NCBI GenBank assembly: GCA_964494745.1
Contig: CAZBSU010000002.1
Location: 1-25,492 of the forward strand
Direction of reading: 5' to 3'
DNA length: 25,492 nucleotides
Source: an uncultured Planctomycetales bacterium
GTDB lineage: Bacteria > Omnitrophota > Gorgyraeia > Zapsychrales > JANLHA01
Shown: one piece after another, positions 23,499-25,492 of the stretch
How positions within the stretch are numbered: position 1 is the first letter of the stretch
How the letters are laid out: each line of letters opens with the position of its first letter
Made by a program: the position numbers and the translations under genes
The notes under the pieces: model-generated
The model's database searches: none
Told to the model about the DNA's origin: nothing
The model's input: only the letters and a program-made list of their open reading frames with translations

Positions 23499-24899
23499 AT
23501 GAAACACTTTTCTTCCCAAAAAGCCCAAAGCCCGATTGAAAGCACCACCCTGGGCGTGCTGTCCATTATCGCGCTTTTGGTCATGAGCACCTATGTGACG
23601 CGCTCGATCAACGCCTATTTCAAGACCACCGAGGACACGCTCAAGGATTCCATCGCCGAAGATCTGCTGCAGTCCGAACGCGCCGAAAGCCCGGAATGCG
23701 ATTGCAGCAACGAGATCGTCGGGGAATGCGGGGGAGGAGACTGCGACGACAGCCAGGAGCTGGTCAGCTATACATGCACTCCAGAAGGCTGTGGCCATCG
23801 CCCGCCCTGGTGCCGGACCAACCGCCCCCGCTGCTGTTATGAGGAAGGGGATTGCATGGAAAACGGCTGCCCTAACGGCACCAAATACATCCGCACTTCC
23901 TGCGAAAACGAACCGCTGACGTATATTTGCGACAAGGACGAAGAATGCAAGATCTGCTGCAATCCGCAGGAGCCCATGGGGCCCTGGTGCCCCATGGACG
24001 GCGAAACCAATCCGGCCTGCCCCTCCAGCCTAACCGCTGTCAAGGATGTGCGCTATGTCGGGAACGACATCACCGATTGCGGGGCCTACGTGCCCCAGGA
24101 GGTCTGCGACGCGGTCTGCACGCCGCCTCTGATTCCGGCCGTCGCAGAAGGCTCGGAATTGACCTATGCCTATGGCTGCGCCTGCCCGCCGGGATATCAC
24201 CAGACCACCAATGATGACGGCGAGATTGTCTGCGAATTTATTTACGATTGTCAACTCAGGGGGATTTCCTATTACAGCAGTGATCAAAATAGCACCTGTT
24301 TGACGAATTATGGCACCCAATATGCCATGAATAATTACGGCTGTGTCTGGGACAACCATTATTGCCGCTACAACAACATGGAATGCTGCACCCTTCCACC
24401 TGAAGTGGAGATCGATACCTCCGTCTGCACCTATACGCCATGGCTAACGGTAAGCACCAGCTCGGCAGGTATCTTTAGTTCTCTTTTGGGAATTAATCTT
24501 CACGTTGACGGCGTGGAAGGCGAGGATGCCCTGTTGGCGGCAGGAACGGACCCCCTCGGCATAACCAGCTGTCCGGCCAATTATGTTGCCGTTGGTATCG
24601 ATTACGGGCACGGCGCCACACATGGCCAGGTGGCCGACACAACAAACATGATTTACCGGCTGGAATGCTGCCCGCTGCGTGCTACACGGTCCGGGGCCGG
24701 ACAAAATGTTCAGGTTTCCGATTGCTCTTGGACGTCCGATTATCATGGCGGCTTAATTGCCGATCAGGGCTGCGCAGAGTTTAACGACGATCACACTTAT
24801 TTCGCGGTGGCCCTGGATATGTGGGGATATATGGACGGCTGGCTTGGTTATCAAGGCGCCGCGCATAAGACCAAGTGCTGCCGCGTATCAGTTGAGTAA
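23499..24899 (+). CDS. Cysteine-rich exported protein with Flp/TadE-like prepilin N-terminus (putative pilus-tip adhesin)
   Basis: SD GAGGT; N-terminus KA-QSPIE (Ala at -1, Glu at +5) followed by a hydrophobic helix; 38 Cys, all from residue 67 onward; EGF-like C-x-CPPGY motif; C-terminal repeats ending in CC. Confidence 0.75.
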   Translation: MKHFSSQKAQSPIESTTLGVLSIIALLVMSTYVTRSINAYFKTTEDTLKDSIAEDLLQSERAESPECDCSNEIVGECGGGDCDDSQELVSYTCTPEGCGHRPPWCRTNRPRCCYEEGDCMENGCPNGTKYIRTSCENEPLTYICDKDEECKICCNPQEPMGPWCPMDGETNPACPSSLTAVKDVRYVGNDITDCGAYVPQEVCDAVCTPPLIPAVAEGSELTYAYGCACPPGYHQTTNDDGEIVCEFIYDCQLRGISYYSSDQNSTCLTNYGTQYAMNNYGCVWDNHYCRYNNMECCTLPPEVEIDTSVCTYTPWLTVSTSSAGIFSSLLGINLHVDGVEGEDALLAAGTDPLGITSCPANYVAVGIDYGHGATHGQVADTTNMIYRLECCPLRATRSGAGQNVQVSDCSWTSDYHGGLIADQGCAEFNDDHTYFAVALDMWGYMDGWLGYQGAAHKTKCCRVSVE

Positions 24900-24906
24900 T
24901 AGAACG

Positions 24907-25027
24907 CAGATCGCGTAGATCGGGACAGTCCCTGAAAGGGACATAGCAAAATATAAAAAGGGACAGACGTTATTGATATAAAAATAACATCTGTCCCTTT
25001 TCTATTAAATTTATGAAACGCGATCTG
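24907..25027. repeat. Nested inverted-repeat element with GGGACAG/CTGTCCC units
   Basis: Outer perfect 10-bp IR cagatcgcgt 24907-24916 / acgcgatctg 25018-25027; gggac-a-gtccc 24922-24932; gtccct-gaa-agggac 24928-24942; inner 19-bp IR. Confidence 0.7.
24956..25001. terminator. Probable bidirectional intrinsic terminator
   Basis: 19-bp IR aaaagggacagacgttatt 24956-24974 / aataacatctgtccctttt 24983-25001 (one mismatch, G-U on the minus strand); T-runs on both sides; lies between convergent genes. Confidence 0.75.
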
Positions 25028-25045
25028 GCCCGCGTCCTTTATCTC

Positions 25046-25372
25046 TCAGAAATCGTAATCCGCGCTGTTATCGACTGAAACGTCGCTTTTATAATCCCCG
25101 CCCTCGGCCGCCGCCTCTTCCCTCTCCCATTCATCCAATTCAACGGCATGCGAAAGAAGGAATTCAACCTCTCTTCTGACATCTTCATCCTCGTTCTCCA
25201 TCAGGATATTGACCAATTTCTCCCGGATCGGGGAATGATGGGTGCCGTCCAGGATAACACGGTAATCCTGATAATCCTCGCGGTAAACCACCTGGGAGAC
25301 CTGGCGCTTGAGCCCCATCTCCTCAAGGATCTTCTGGATCATCCGGCTGACTTTTTCTTCATCATACGCCAT
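25046..25372 (-). CDS. Acidic hypothetical protein
   Basis: Purine-rich SD (AGGGAAGGGAG), upstream promoter, GC3-rich codons; 29 of 108 residues are Asp/Glu. Confidence 0.75.
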   Translation of the reverse strand: MAYDEEKVSRMIQKILEEMGLKRQVSQVVYREDYQDYRVILDGTHHSPIREKLVNILMENEDEDVRREVEFLLSHAVELDEWEREEAAAEGGDYKSDVSVDNSADYDF

Positions 25373-25437
25373 ACAAACTCCCTTCCCTAGAACATCAAAG
25401 ATAATATCCTTATTCGGCGATCAGTCAAGTCTCTTTA

Positions 25438-25466
25438 AACTTATACCATGTCCGCGAAGTTGTCAA
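25438..25466 (-). promoter_or_regulatory. Putative sigma70 promoter for the acidic hypothetical gene
   Basis: Perfect TTGACA (25461-25466), 17 nt, TAAGTT (25438-25443); an overlapping TGGTATAAG is also present. Confidence 0.55.
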
Positions 25467-25492
25467 CATCCGCCCGGAATTAATTCGATCCG

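Noticed and set aside
24300-24400. Asn/Tyr-rich segment as a diversity-generating retroelement variable region
   Set aside because: No reverse transcriptase, avd or template repeat in the window, and the segment is internal rather than C-terminal.

Overview
Bacterial, GC-rich chromosomal window (AT-rich spacers) with no mobile genes, RNA genes or CRISPR that I can support. Most of the minus strand is one co-oriented run: a type II secretion-like cluster (gspE-F-G-H-I-J-K-L-M-C-D), then a lipoprotein N-acetylmuramoyl-L-alanine amidase, murI, queD-C-E-F (preQ1 synthesis), rph and rdgB. This run converges on a 5'-truncated AsmA-like gene. Further right are a small membrane protein, an HD-domain protein and a second minus-strand unit (RsmB/RsmF-family methyltransferase, CPBP protease-TPR fusion, divergent second secretin). 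Back-to-back with that unit is a 466-aa protein with a Flp/TadE-like prepilin N-terminus and 38 cysteines, followed by an acidic hypothetical gene. The most unusual items are the Cys-rich, compositionally mosaic pilin-like putative adhesin, the secretin paralog with a deletion in its predicted gate region, and two ~120-bp nested inverted-repeat elements. Others are an internal promoter with tandem repeats inside the T2SS cluster and the linkage of T2SS to cell-wall and tRNA genes. The gene content reminds me of Candidatus Omnitrophota, but that is unverified inference. All family calls come from motif recognition by eye; no searches were run.
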